The notes under the pieces were generated by a model that ran no database searches, was not told where the DNA came from, and saw only the letters and a list, made by a program, of their open reading frames with translations. Both the position numbers and the translations under genes were made by a program. A DNA stretch of 56,479 nucleotides from Chloroflexota bacterium (lineage in GTDB: Bacteria; Chloroflexota; Limnocylindria; P2-11E), in the NCBI GenBank assembly GCA_005887995.1, contig VBJD01000034.1, forward strand, positions 1-56,479, read 5' to 3'. Below, piece by piece: positions 25,031-34,879 of the stretch; the stretch's first letter is position 1, and the number at the start of each line of letters is the position of its first letter.

Positions 25031-26547
25031 TTGTCACCGAGCGTCGACTGTGTCTTGATGCAACGCGTGCGCACCACGTCCCGCGTCGTCGTCCGAACGA
25101 TTCGGCGGGACATTGCCCTTGGTTTGACGGCCGGCAAGCGCGAGGAGCTGGTTACTCTCGCGCGACGTTTCGCACGCGGTCGGAAAACTCACGTCGATGC
25201 GTACTGGCACCCGCGGTTCTTCGCCACGGTGTCCGATCCTCGCCTGCGGGTCGTACAGAGCCAGCGGCGAGCCGGCTGGCTCGTTCCCGACCTCAGCGTC
25301 CATCAGAACAAGGTGTGCCTTGAGTCGAGCCTAGCGTTAGTACGAAGCTCCTGGTCCGGGACAGTCAAGGCCGCTATGCGCGTTGTCTCTCGCGATAAGG
25401 GTTGGGATAGCTCCCGGCTGTGGGCTCTTGCGACGCTGCGTTCCGTGGACCAGATTCAGGAGTGCCTCGTCACGCCGTTACGACTGGCGACGCGACAACA
25501 GCGTCGAATGCGGCGACTGCTGCTCCGGGTGCGAGGCGGGAAGCCGCGAGAATCGGGGAACCTGTGGTTCGAGCTCGACTGCAACCTGTACAGGCCATTT
25601 CATCGATCGACCGGCCATTTCCGAGGCGCCTGGCTGGCAGTGACAGGTACACGGCCAGGTCATCGCGTCAACGTGCCTCTTGCCGGATCGTCGCTCGACG
25701 TGTTTGCTTCGCGGACCGGACGCGCTGATAGCAGACCGAACATTCGTGTCGTAATCCGCGAACGCGTGACGTGTTACGTCGCCACGCGGACGCCAGTCAA
25801 GCCTCGCCGTCAAGGATGCACGCTCGGTCTGGACAAAGGTTTGAACACACTTCTCGTTTCTTCTGATGGAACAGTGAGACGGCCAGAGCGTATGGTCGCG
25901 ACGCGTCGAATCAGCTTGAAGAAATGATTGCTGCATCCGACCGACGGCGAAATCGCGCGCGTCTCGTGGCGTATGAACGATCAATCCGCAACTCGAGCCC
26001 GACCCACTCTCGACAAATCCGTCGCCACAATCTTGGCCGACGCAAACAGGTGCGCGTGCGTTCTTGCGAGTCATCCAGGCTTCGTGACTTCGTCAATCGC
26101 TCGCTGAACGAGTTGTTTCATGACACAGGCATCTTGCGTATGTACGCGGAGGACCTGACGTTTCGACCCGGTTGGCCCGGTCGAGCCATCAACCGACGCT
26201 TGGGCCGATGGTTAAAGGGTTACCTGCACCATCGTCTCATGCACAAAGCCGAGCTCAACGGTGTTGAGCTTCAGACCGTGAACGCGGCCTACACGAGTCA
26301 GACCTGCCCTCGCTGTTGGTTCGCCTCAAGGGGCAACCGACGTGGAGACAGGTTCAGATGGCGAATTGGACGCGCCTGGGACTCAAACGAAGCGTCCTTC
26401 ATGCACCAAGGTGCGTCGAGGACGTGGATCGAGTCGCGAACTGTGGCCGGCGGACGCACACGTCCGCCAGTCATCCATACGGCGGCGCTCTATCCACTCG
26501 CCGCCGCGGCCGAGAGCGTGACCGACGGTTCGACGTTTACAGCGTGA
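25031..26547 (+). mobile_element. tnpB: TnpB-like (IS200/IS605-IS607 OrfB, RuvC-type) gene, frameshifted near 25924 and with an eroded zinc finger: probable decayed element
   Basis: ORF 25031-25927 ends with the RuvC-I-like motif LGLDKGLNTLLVSSDG. ORF 25924-26547, in a different frame, has MYAEDL (RuvC-II Glu) and NAAYTSQTCPRC. The expected second CxxC and the DxDxNAA motif instead read FRWRIGRAWDSNEAS. GC is lower than the flanks, and no TnpA is adjacent. Confidence 0.6.
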
Positions 26548-27520
26548 AGAAGGCGTCGTTCGTGTGGTCGAACGGGTTCGCGCTGGTCGCCGTCATGTTC
26601 GGTGCGGTCACGCGGAACGTCTGGCCGCGCTTGTCCATCACCAGGCGCGTGCGGCGCCCGCTGTCCTCAAGACGTAGCGGCAACCACTCGTAGTCGCAGA
26701 GCGCCTGCAGGTGATATCCGATCTCGCGACCGCTCTCGAGATCCTCGATGAGATCGGCGGGCGGATCCGCGAGCGCGAACGAGAGCGAGCCGTCCCCAGT
26801 GTGCATCGGCGTGAGGCTCTTCATGACCGTCATTCCGAAACGGTCCGCGATGCGCACGCGCGTCGCACGTGTCGACGTGTCGCAGTCGAGTTCGAGGCGG
26901 AGCACCGAGCCGTCGAAGTGCAGGCCCCACCTGAAGCGCAGGCCGGACTCCTCCGCGGCGCCGTCGAATTCGGCGCGCGGTGCGTCCGCTGAGGCCGCGC
27001 GCTCCTGAGAACGGCGTGCTTCAGCGAGGTCGCGGTCGAGCTTGCGGATGTGACGCTCGCGCGCGCGACCCTGCACGACGAGGAGGTCCGCCGTCACCTG
27101 GGCGCGATCTTGCTCTCGCTTGAGGCTCGCAAGGTCGTTCACCGCCCACTCGAACTGCCGGATGACCATGGCGACGCGATCGTCGGCTTCGGTGTTCAGC
27201 GCTTTGACCGCGTTCTCATGCACGGCGCGGCTCTTGGCTTGCGCGTGACGCAGGGCTTGATACGCGAATGCGGCGCCGGCGAGAACACCGCCGATCGATC
27301 CCAGCCCGAGCCAGCGATCACCGCCGACGCCGAAGCTCGCGATGAGCACACCGACGGTGAGCGCGACGGCCCACGGCAGGAGCTCGTCGCGTCGGTCGCG
27401 CTCGGCAGGCGCTTGTGCGTGCCCTGCGGAAGCGTTCGCGGCGCAGAGCGCGCAGGCATGCACGTCATGCGCGACGGCAGTTACGCCGGCATCCACCACA
27501 CCCACCCGTGTACTCCCCAA
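26537..27520 (-). CDS. Hypothetical membrane-anchored coiled-coil protein with an unassigned C-terminal domain
   Basis: There are two TM helices (WAVALTVGVLIASFGV, LGSIGGVLAGAAFAY), followed by a charged heptad-like stretch (DLASLKREQDRAQVTADLL...DRDLAEARRSQER). A ~150-aa beta-rich domain follows. Confidence 0.5.
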   Translation of the reverse strand: MGSTRVGVVDAGVTAVAHDVHACALCAANASAGHAQAPAERDRRDELLPWAVALTVGVLIASFGVGGDRWLGLGSIGGVLAGAAFAYQALRHAQAKSRAVHENAVKALNTEADDRVAMVIRQFEWAVNDLASLKREQDRAQVTADLLVVQGRARERHIRKLDRDLAEARRSQERAASADAPRAEFDGAAEESGLRFRWGLHFDGSVLRLELDCDTSTRATRVRIADRFGMTVMKSLTPMHTGDGSLSFALADPPADLIEDLESGREIGYHLQALCDYEWLPLRLEDSGRRTRLVMDKRGQTFRVTAPNMTATSANPFDHTNDAFFTL

Positions 27521-27613
27521 CGACGCTAGAGACCCGGCGTGAACAGTCGGTCCCGGGCGCGCGCATGCTCATCCCCCAATAGGGTGGGGGTGGTGTCTAC
27601 GGGGTAGCCCTGT

Positions 27614-28378
27614 GTGACACTTTTCCATATGGCGACGCTCACGGCGCGGGCGCCGCGGCGCATCGGGGCACCGATCGTCCTCATCCTGCCCGCGCTGCTC
27701 TTCGGCCTTCTGGTATCGGTCCAGTGGCGGACACAGCTCGAGCGCAGCGAGTTAAGCGTCCGCTACAACGCGCCGCTGCTCGACGCCGCGAGGTCGCTCC
27801 AGAGCGAACAGGAGGTCTTGAAGAAGCAGCTCGCCGACCTGCGCGCGCAGCTCGATGAGATCCAGCGAGGCGCCGCGAGCCAGTCCACCGCGAGCCGCGA
27901 CCTGCAGGCGCAGATCGAGGACCTGCGCTCGGCCGCCGGTCTGACCGAACGGACGGGCGATGGGGTGCAGATCGTCCTCGACGACGCTCACACCACCGTC
28001 ACGGCGCCAGCCGCGAACGTGGACAAATCGATCTGCCACTCGACCGACCTCACGGACATCATCAACGCGGCTTGGCGCGGCGGCGCACAGGCGATCGCGG
28101 TGAACGGCGAGCGCGTCGTCGGATCGACGAGCGTCTACTGCGTCGGTTCGACCATCATGGTGAACGGCACGCTCATGTCGCCGGCCTTCACCATCAGCGT
28201 CATCGGGCCGCAGAACGAGCTGCTCGGGGCCTACGACGATCCGAACGAGCTCAAGGACGTCAAGCAGCGGCGTGATGTGTACGGGCTCGGCTTCCGCGTG
28301 ACGCGCGCGTCGGGCCTTCGCGTGCCGGCGTACGCGGGCGCGCTCAACGTGAAGTACGCGACGCCGACGGAGCGCTGA
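27614..28378 (+). CDS. DUF881-family protein (division/envelope-associated)
   Basis: It has an N-terminal TM helix, a coiled-coil and a C-terminal domain with GDGVQIVLDD...INAAWRGGAQAIAVNGERV. Confidence 0.7.
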   Translation: MTLFHMATLTARAPRRIGAPIVLILPALLFGLLVSVQWRTQLERSELSVRYNAPLLDAARSLQSEQEVLKKQLADLRAQLDEIQRGAASQSTASRDLQAQIEDLRSAAGLTERTGDGVQIVLDDAHTTVTAPAANVDKSICHSTDLTDIINAAWRGGAQAIAVNGERVVGSTSVYCVGSTIMVNGTLMSPAFTISVIGPQNELLGAYDDPNELKDVKQRRDVYGLGFRVTRASGLRVPAYAGALNVKYATPTER

Positions 28379-29037
28379 TGCGCGGCAACGCGGGCGTCAT
28401 CTGGATGTCGATCGTCGCGTTGTTCCTCGGCGTGCTCGCGGTCACGCAGATCAAGGCGCAGGACGTGTACACGCGGAGCCTCGAACTCGAGACACCGTCA
28501 TCGCTCACGACGCTCATCGCGAACCTCGCCGAGCGTAACAACGCGCTGCGCGACGAGATCTTCGATATGAAGCTGCGCACTGAGGCGGCGCGCGACGACG
28601 CGGCGAACGGGCGTGGCACGCTCACCGAGGCGCAGCGTCAGCTCGCGCAGCTGCGGGTCTTCGCCGCGCGCACGTCGGTGAAGGGGCAGGGCATCAGCGT
28701 GCGGATCGACGGCGCGTTCGACGACAAGGCGCTGTCCGATCTGGTGAACGAGATGCGCAACGCGGGCGCCGAAGCGATCTCGTTGAACACCGTCCGCGTC
28801 GGACCGCGGTCGTACTTCGGTATCACCACAGACAAGTCGCTGACCGTCGACGGTTCGGCGATCCGTGGACCGTGGACCGTCTCGGCAGTCGGTGCGCCCG
28901 AGGTGATGTACGTCGCGATGACGCGGACCGGCGGGATCATCGGCCAGTTCGAGCTCATCTACCGCGGTACCCGCTTCAACGTGAGCAGGGAGAGCGCGCT
29001 CGATCTTCCGAGCCTGGCGAACCCACCTCGCGGATAG
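28378..29037 (+). CDS. DUF881-family protein (second paralog)
   Basis: It has the same architecture: GQGISVRIDG...VNEMRNAGAEAISLNTVRV. Confidence 0.7.
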   Translation: MRGNAGVIWMSIVALFLGVLAVTQIKAQDVYTRSLELETPSSLTTLIANLAERNNALRDEIFDMKLRTEAARDDAANGRGTLTEAQRQLAQLRVFAARTSVKGQGISVRIDGAFDDKALSDLVNEMRNAGAEAISLNTVRVGPRSYFGITTDKSLTVDGSAIRGPWTVSAVGAPEVMYVAMTRTGGIIGQFELIYRGTRFNVSRESALDLPSLANPPRG

Positions 29038-29050
29038 ACTCCGTCGTCTC

Positions 29051-29290
29051 GTGAGCGACATGAAAACAAGGAAGAAGCCTATCGGCCCGATGCCGCTCTA
29101 CCTCGATGACGTCGTCGTGCTGCGCAAGCCGCATCCGTGCGGCGGCGACACCTGGCGCATCGTCCGGCTGGGTGCCGACATCGGCCTGCGCTGCATGACC
29201 TGCGAACATCGCGTGCTCGTCGCGCGCGCGGCGGTCGAGCGCGATATCAAGCGCTTCGTGGAGCGCGGGCCGCTGGCCCCGGTCGAGTAG
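29051..29290 (+). CDS. DUF951-family small protein
   Basis: LRKPHPCGGDTWRIVRLGADIGLRCMTCEHRV matches the KHPCG...W...R.G.D..L.C..C pattern. Confidence 0.65.
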   Translation: MSDMKTRKKPIGPMPLYLDDVVVLRKPHPCGGDTWRIVRLGADIGLRCMTCEHRVLVARAAVERDIKRFVERGPLAPVE

Positions 29291-29298
29291 ACAGCAGT

Positions 29299-30642
29299 TT
29301 GGCGGAGGTCACGCAGGCCGCGCAGCATGGGCTGCTCCGCAACCGCGGGTTCATGGCGCTGTGGGCCGCGCAGATCCTCTCGCAGACCGCGGCCAACGCG
29401 GTCACCTCCGCGCTGATCGTCCTCGTCGCGGAGCTCACGCACAACAACACCTCGTCCTCGTTCCTCATCCTCCTCGCGATCATCCCCGCGGTGCTCTTCG
29501 GGTTCGCTGGTGGCGTCATCGTCGACCGCGTCGATCGGCGGATCGTGCTCATCGTCACGAACTCCGCGCGCGCGGTCGCGATCATCCCGCTGCTCCTCGC
29601 GGGCGACAGCGTGACGACTGCCTACCTGGTGAACTTCCTCGTCGCCGCGGTCACGCTCTTCTTCGTCCCCGCGGAAGCTGCGACGATCCCATCGATCGTG
29701 CGCCGCAGCGATCTCCTCGTCGCGAACTCGCTGTTCACCTTCACGTTCAACGGCGCGTTCCTCGTCGGCTTCATCATCCTCGCGCCGGTCATGGTGAGCC
29801 TGTACGGCTTCACCGCACTGTGGTTCACGATCGTCATCATGTTCGAGATCGCGTCGGTCCTCTGCCTCACGCTGCCATCGGTGCCACCGACCGCGAAGCT
29901 TGGCGCCGACGTCGCCGAACGTGCCGTCACCGAGACGCGGCGTGGCATCGCCGACGCGTTCCACTACCTGCGCTCGACGCCGCTCGTCACCTGGGCGATG
30001 GTCTACATCGCGCTCACGTACACGCTCGTGGCGATCGCCGGCGCGCTCGCGCCAGGCTTCGTGCGCGAGGTGCTCCGCCTGGGCGAGCGCAACGTCGTCG
30101 TGCTCGTCGGGCCAGCCGGCATCGGGGTCGTGGTCGGACTCGGCGTGCTGAACGTCGTCTCCCGGCGCATCGGACGATCCCATGCGATCGGTCTCGGGCT
30201 CCTCGTCATATCGATCGCGCTCGCGGCGCTCGCGGCAGCCCGGCCGTTCGCCGACGTCTTCGCGAACTCGCAGTTTGGGCAGTTCGGCGGGCTCGCCGCG
30301 CTCGGCGGGGCGCTGCCGTTCTTCATCGGCATCGTGAGCGTGACCGCGTTCGTGTTCGGAATGGCCTACTCGTTCATCACCGTTCCGGCGATGACGCTGC
30401 TCCAAGAGGAGCTGCCGGAGGACATCCGCGGCCGCGTCTTCGGAGTGTTGAACTCGCTCGTCTCGATCTTCAGCTTTCTGCCGCTCATCATCGTCGGCCC
30501 GATCGCCGACGTGTGGGGGATCGCGCCGGTGTTCGTCCTCGCCGCCGCCGCCGTCTTCGGCGTGTGGCTCGCTGGACGGTCCGCGCGCCTCAAATCTGTG
30601 ACGAACGTCACACCAGGAGCGAGTCACGCTCAGTTAAACTGA
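29299..30642 (+). CDS. MFS transporter (MFS_3/EntS-like)
   Basis: It has LLRNRGFMALWAAQILSQ at the N-terminus and about 12 TM helices. I chose TTG 29299 because the conserved N-terminal motif lies upstream of the first ATG. Confidence 0.75.
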   Translation: MAEVTQAAQHGLLRNRGFMALWAAQILSQTAANAVTSALIVLVAELTHNNTSSSFLILLAIIPAVLFGFAGGVIVDRVDRRIVLIVTNSARAVAIIPLLLAGDSVTTAYLVNFLVAAVTLFFVPAEAATIPSIVRRSDLLVANSLFTFTFNGAFLVGFIILAPVMVSLYGFTALWFTIVIMFEIASVLCLTLPSVPPTAKLGADVAERAVTETRRGIADAFHYLRSTPLVTWAMVYIALTYTLVAIAGALAPGFVREVLRLGERNVVVLVGPAGIGVVVGLGVLNVVSRRIGRSHAIGLGLLVISIALAALAAARPFADVFANSQFGQFGGLAALGGALPFFIGIVSVTAFVFGMAYSFITVPAMTLLQEELPEDIRGRVFGVLNSLVSIFSFLPLIIVGPIADVWGIAPVFVLAAAAVFGVWLAGRSARLKSVTNVTPGASHAQLN

Positions 30643-30648
30643 CGCCGG

Positions 30649-32493
30649 GTGCACTCCTCCAGAGCGACCCTTCTCCACTACCTCGGTCAGCACAAGGTCA
30701 AACTCCTCACTGGCATCCTCCTCGTCGCCGGTAGCTCGTTCGTCGCGGTCCTGCCGCCGCTGCTCATCGGCCGCATCGTCGACGCGCTGACGACGGGAGC
30801 AAACCTCGATCTGATCGGTCGCCTTGCGCTGATCATGGTCGCGCTGGCCGCGGTCGAGAACGTCCTCCGCGGCCTGGGGCGTCTGCGCATCCTGGACTCG
30901 TCGCGGCGCATCGAGTACGGCGTGCGCAACGACCTGCTCGCCCACCTGCAGACGATGCACCTGGCGTACTTCCAGCACCAGCGCATCGGCGACCTCATGG
31001 CCCGCCTGACAAACGACCTGCAGGCGGTGCGTCAGATGATCGGCTTCGGGATCCTCATGCTCACGAACACCCTGATGACGCTCCTGTTCACGTTCGTGTC
31101 GATGTTCGGGGTGAACACCAAGCTCGCGCTCATCACCCTCATCCTTACCCCGATCTCGTCGTACGTGTTCTGGACCATCGGACGGCGCGTCAATCGCCGG
31201 TTCGAGCAGCTCCAGTCGCAGTTCGGCGACCTGTCGGCCAAGGCGCAGGAGAACTTCTCGGGCATCCGCGTGGTGAAGGCGTTCTCCCAGGAAGAGGACG
31301 AGATCCGCGCGTTCGCGAAGGTGAACCGCGACTATCTGAACAAGGCGGTCGACCTCGCCATGGTGAACGGTCTCCTCTGGCCGGCGATGCAGTTCATCCT
31401 CGGCGCCGCGCTCCTCACCATCCTGTACGTCGGCGGCCAGGACGCTATCGAAAAACAGCTCACGATCGGTCAGCTCGTGCAGTTCGTCGCGTACCTGCAG
31501 CTCATCTCGTGGCCGATGATCGCGCTCGGTGAGGTCACGAACATGATCCAGCAGGGCGCCGCCTCGCTCGGACGGCTCCAGCACATCTTCGAGGCACGGC
31601 CGGCGATCACCGATCCGATCGACCCGGTCACGACGCCGATCAAGGGCGCCGTCGAGTTCAAGGGCATCTCCTTCGCGTACGGCCAAGCCGTCGTGCTGCG
31701 CGACATCTCGTTCTCCGTTCCCGCCGGCGGATCGCTCGCGATCGTCGGGCCGACCGGCTCGGGGAAGAGCACGCTCGTCAACCTCATCCCGCGCCTGTTC
31801 GATGCGCAGCAGGGCGAGATAACGATCGACGGCATCGACGTGAAGCGATACCCGCTGCCGCAGCTGCGTCGTGCCGTGGGGTACGTGCCGCAGGAGACGT
31901 TCCTCTTCTCGGTGCCGCTTCGGGAGAACGTGGGATTCGGCCGTGACACGCCGCTCGCCGAGAGCGAGCTCGAGTGGGCCGGCGACGTCTCGCAACTGGG
32001 CAAGGACGTCGCGGATTTCCCGGCGCGATACGACACGATGATCGGCGAGCGCGGCGTCACGCTCTCCGGCGGGCAGAAGCAGCGCACCGCGATCGCGCGA
32101 GCGGTCGCGAAGGACCCGCGCATCCTCATCCTCGACGACGCGCTCTCGGCCGTCGACACGTACACCGAGGCCGAGATCCTGAAGCGCCTTCGCGGCGTCA
32201 TGCGCGAGCGCACGAGCATCGTCGTCGCGCACCGCATCTCGACGGTGAAGGACGCCGACGAGATCCTCGTGCTCGACGATGGCGTCATCGCCGAGCGCGG
32301 CACGCACCGTGACCTGCTCGAGCGGAACGGCCTGTATGCGGCGATGTACCGCCGTCAGCTCCTCGAGGAGGAGCTCGAGGTCGACGAGGAGCAGTCCGAG
32401 CACGATAAGCGGGTGCGTACGTCGACAGCGCCCGAGCAGAGCGCGCCGCCGCGCGCGCGGCGCATCGACGAGATGCCGGCGGATCAGGACTGA
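30649..32493 (+). CDS. ABC transporter, fused permease/ATPase (exporter half-transporter, MdlA/MsbA-like)
   Basis: It has six TM helices, Walker A GPTGSGKST, signature LSGGQKQR and Walker B ILILDD. Confidence 0.9.
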   Translation: MHSSRATLLHYLGQHKVKLLTGILLVAGSSFVAVLPPLLIGRIVDALTTGANLDLIGRLALIMVALAAVENVLRGLGRLRILDSSRRIEYGVRNDLLAHLQTMHLAYFQHQRIGDLMARLTNDLQAVRQMIGFGILMLTNTLMTLLFTFVSMFGVNTKLALITLILTPISSYVFWTIGRRVNRRFEQLQSQFGDLSAKAQENFSGIRVVKAFSQEEDEIRAFAKVNRDYLNKAVDLAMVNGLLWPAMQFILGAALLTILYVGGQDAIEKQLTIGQLVQFVAYLQLISWPMIALGEVTNMIQQGAASLGRLQHIFEARPAITDPIDPVTTPIKGAVEFKGISFAYGQAVVLRDISFSVPAGGSLAIVGPTGSGKSTLVNLIPRLFDAQQGEITIDGIDVKRYPLPQLRRAVGYVPQETFLFSVPLRENVGFGRDTPLAESELEWAGDVSQLGKDVADFPARYDTMIGERGVTLSGGQKQRTAIARAVAKDPRILILDDALSAVDTYTEAEILKRLRGVMRERTSIVVAHRISTVKDADEILVLDDGVIAERGTHRDLLERNGLYAAMYRRQLLEEELEVDEEQSEHDKRVRTSTAPEQSAPPRARRIDEMPADQD

Positions 32494-34367
32494 TGGGCGG
32501 TCGCGGTGGCGGTGGCGGCGGACATCACGGCGGCGGGGCCGGCGGCTTCTTCCAAGAGGACGAGATCCTCGGGAAGGCCTACGACGCGACGCTGACGCGG
32601 CGTCTTGTCGGCTACCTCGCTCCCTACAAGCTCTGGGTGGCGCTCGCGATCGTCTTACTCCTCGTCCAGTCGCTCGCGCAGATCGTGCCGCCGATCATCG
32701 CCAAGGAGATCGTCGACCAGGCGGTCATCCCCGCGGTGAGCGGTGCGCTCGCGCGCGACGATGCGTTCGCCCGACTCGCCGTGCTCGGCATCGTCTACCT
32801 CGTCGTGCTCGCGATCGGCGCGGCGATCCGCTACGGGCAGACGATCCTCACGACCTGGGTCGGGCAGAAGGCCATGTACGACCTGCGCCTCGAGCTGTTC
32901 CGGCACCTGCAGTTCCTGCCGCTCGGGTTCTTCGACCGCAATCCCGTCGGCCGGCTGATGACACGGATCACCAACGACATCGACGCACTCACCGACATGG
33001 TCACGCGCGGCGTCGTCTCGATCTTCGGCGACATCGCGATGGTCGTGCTCATCTCGGGCGCGATGCTCATCCTCGACTGGCGCCTGGCGCTCGTGACGTT
33101 CATCTCACTGCCGATCCTCATCGCGCTCACCGCGTACTTCCGCGGCATCATGCGCGAGTCCTTCCGCGCGATCCGTATCCGGCTCGCGCGCGTGAACGCC
33201 TTCCTCAACGAGACGCTCTCGGGCATGGCCATCGTGCAGCTCTTCACGCGCGAGAAGCCGGTCTTCGACGCCTTCGACACGCTCAACCGCGACCTCCTCG
33301 CCGCCAACCAGGGTCAGGTGCGGGCGATGAGCGTCTTCCAGCCGACCGTGAACTTCACCCGCAACGCCACGGCGGCGCTGCTCTTCGTCGTCGGCGCGAA
33401 CTGGGTGATGGATGCGCAGCTCAGCCTCGGCACCCTCGTCGCGTTCTGGCAGCTACTTCAGAACTTCTTCCAGCCGATCCTCGACCTATCCGAGAAGTAC
33501 AACATCATGCAGGCCGCGATGGCCTCATCCGAGCGCGTGTTCCGTCTCCTCGACACGCACTCCACCATCCTGGACCCGCAGAGGCCCGTCGAGCTGCCGC
33601 ACGTGCGCGGCGAGATCACGTTCGACAACGTCTCCTTCGCGTACAACGAGGGCGAATGGGTGCTGCGCGATGTGAACTTCAAGATCACCGCGGGCGAGAG
33701 CGTCGCGATCGTCGGTGCGACCGGGGCGGGGAAGACCTCGATCATCAGCCTCATCTCGCGCTTCTACGACGTGCAGAAGGGCCGGATCCTCCTCGACGGC
33801 GTGGACATCCGCGACATGCGCCAGGCCGACGTGCGCCGCCACGTCGGCGTCGTGCTGCAGGACCCGTTCATCTTCGCGGGGACGATCTCGTCGAACATCC
33901 GCCTTAACGAGGCATCGATCAGCGATGAGCAGGTCCGCGCCGCGGCGCAGTTCGTGAACGCGGACAAGTTCATCGAGCGGCTGCCGCAGGGCTACGAGAC
34001 CGTGGTCACCGAGCGCGGCTCGACGCTGTCGGTAGGGCAGAAGCAGCTGCTCGCGTTCGCGCGCGCCATCGCCTTCAACCCCGAGATCCTCCTCGTGCTC
34101 GACGAGGCGACGAGCTCCGTCGATACCGAGACCGAGCACCTCATCCAGGACGCGCTCGCGAAGCTCATGGTCGGGCGGACGTCGATCATCATCGCCCACC
34201 GTCTCTCGACCATCCAGAACGTCGACCGCATCATCGTGCTGCACAAGGGACGCGTGGTCGAGATGGGCACGCACCGCGATCTGCTGCAGCAGCGCGGCAC
34301 CTATCACCGGCTCTACGAGCTGCAGTACCGCGCGCACGAGGCCGAGTCGCCAATGAAATCGGCCTAG
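32493..34367 (+). CDS. ABC transporter, fused permease/ATPase (partner half-transporter), Gly-rich N-terminus
   Basis: It has Walker A GATGAGKTS, signature LSVGQKQL and Walker B LLVLDEA. The N-terminus is MGGRGGGGGGHHGGGAGG. Confidence 0.9.
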   Translation: MGGRGGGGGGHHGGGAGGFFQEDEILGKAYDATLTRRLVGYLAPYKLWVALAIVLLLVQSLAQIVPPIIAKEIVDQAVIPAVSGALARDDAFARLAVLGIVYLVVLAIGAAIRYGQTILTTWVGQKAMYDLRLELFRHLQFLPLGFFDRNPVGRLMTRITNDIDALTDMVTRGVVSIFGDIAMVVLISGAMLILDWRLALVTFISLPILIALTAYFRGIMRESFRAIRIRLARVNAFLNETLSGMAIVQLFTREKPVFDAFDTLNRDLLAANQGQVRAMSVFQPTVNFTRNATAALLFVVGANWVMDAQLSLGTLVAFWQLLQNFFQPILDLSEKYNIMQAAMASSERVFRLLDTHSTILDPQRPVELPHVRGEITFDNVSFAYNEGEWVLRDVNFKITAGESVAIVGATGAGKTSIISLISRFYDVQKGRILLDGVDIRDMRQADVRRHVGVVLQDPFIFAGTISSNIRLNEASISDEQVRAAAQFVNADKFIERLPQGYETVVTERGSTLSVGQKQLLAFARAIAFNPEILLVLDEATSSVDTETEHLIQDALAKLMVGRTSIIIAHRLSTIQNVDRIIVLHKGRVVEMGTHRDLLQQRGTYHRLYELQYRAHEAESPMKSA

Positions 34368-34516
34368 CTCCGGGGCACCATGGAACTAAACCGTGATAGG
34401 CCCCAGGTCGCGAACGATGGACTAGCGGGACCTCAAGTGGCACGCAGAGCCGTTGGCACGGAAATGCTCACTTCCCAGGAGAGCACCGTGGCGGGCACGG
34501 CAACAGAGAACCAGTA

Positions 34517-34879
34517 GTGCCGACCATCAGCTTCTGGATCGGAGTCCTTGTCCTCGTGTCTGGAGTGGCAGCTCTGGGCCGTGGGCGCAACTGGCATGAC
34601 GAGGCCGAAGGCCCCAGGTTTCCGTCAGAACGGCTCGGGTCGGTAGCGGGCTTGCTCAGGAACGGCGTCGGCCCCATCGCCGTCGCGGCTTTGCCGATTC
34701 AACTCTTCGGCCTAGTCGCGGTGGTGGTCGGGATCCTAATGATGTTTGGCGTCGTGCCGAGCCAGCAGGCTCCTGGTCTTGCCGTTGCTGCAGTGGCGGG
34801 AGGAATCTTCCTTGTGACACTCGCGACACTGCTGATTCGACTCGTGGTCTGGTTTAGTCACAGAAATCGCGCGGGCTGA
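34517..34879 (+). CDS. Hypothetical small membrane protein (3 TM)
   Basis: The 120-aa ORF has three hydrophobic helices and lies in a lower-GC gap. Confidence 0.4.
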   Translation: MPTISFWIGVLVLVSGVAALGRGRNWHDEAEGPRFPSERLGSVAGLLRNGVGPIAVAALPIQLFGLVAVVVGILMMFGVVPSQQAPGLAVAAVAGGIFLVTLATLLIRLVVWFSHRNRAG

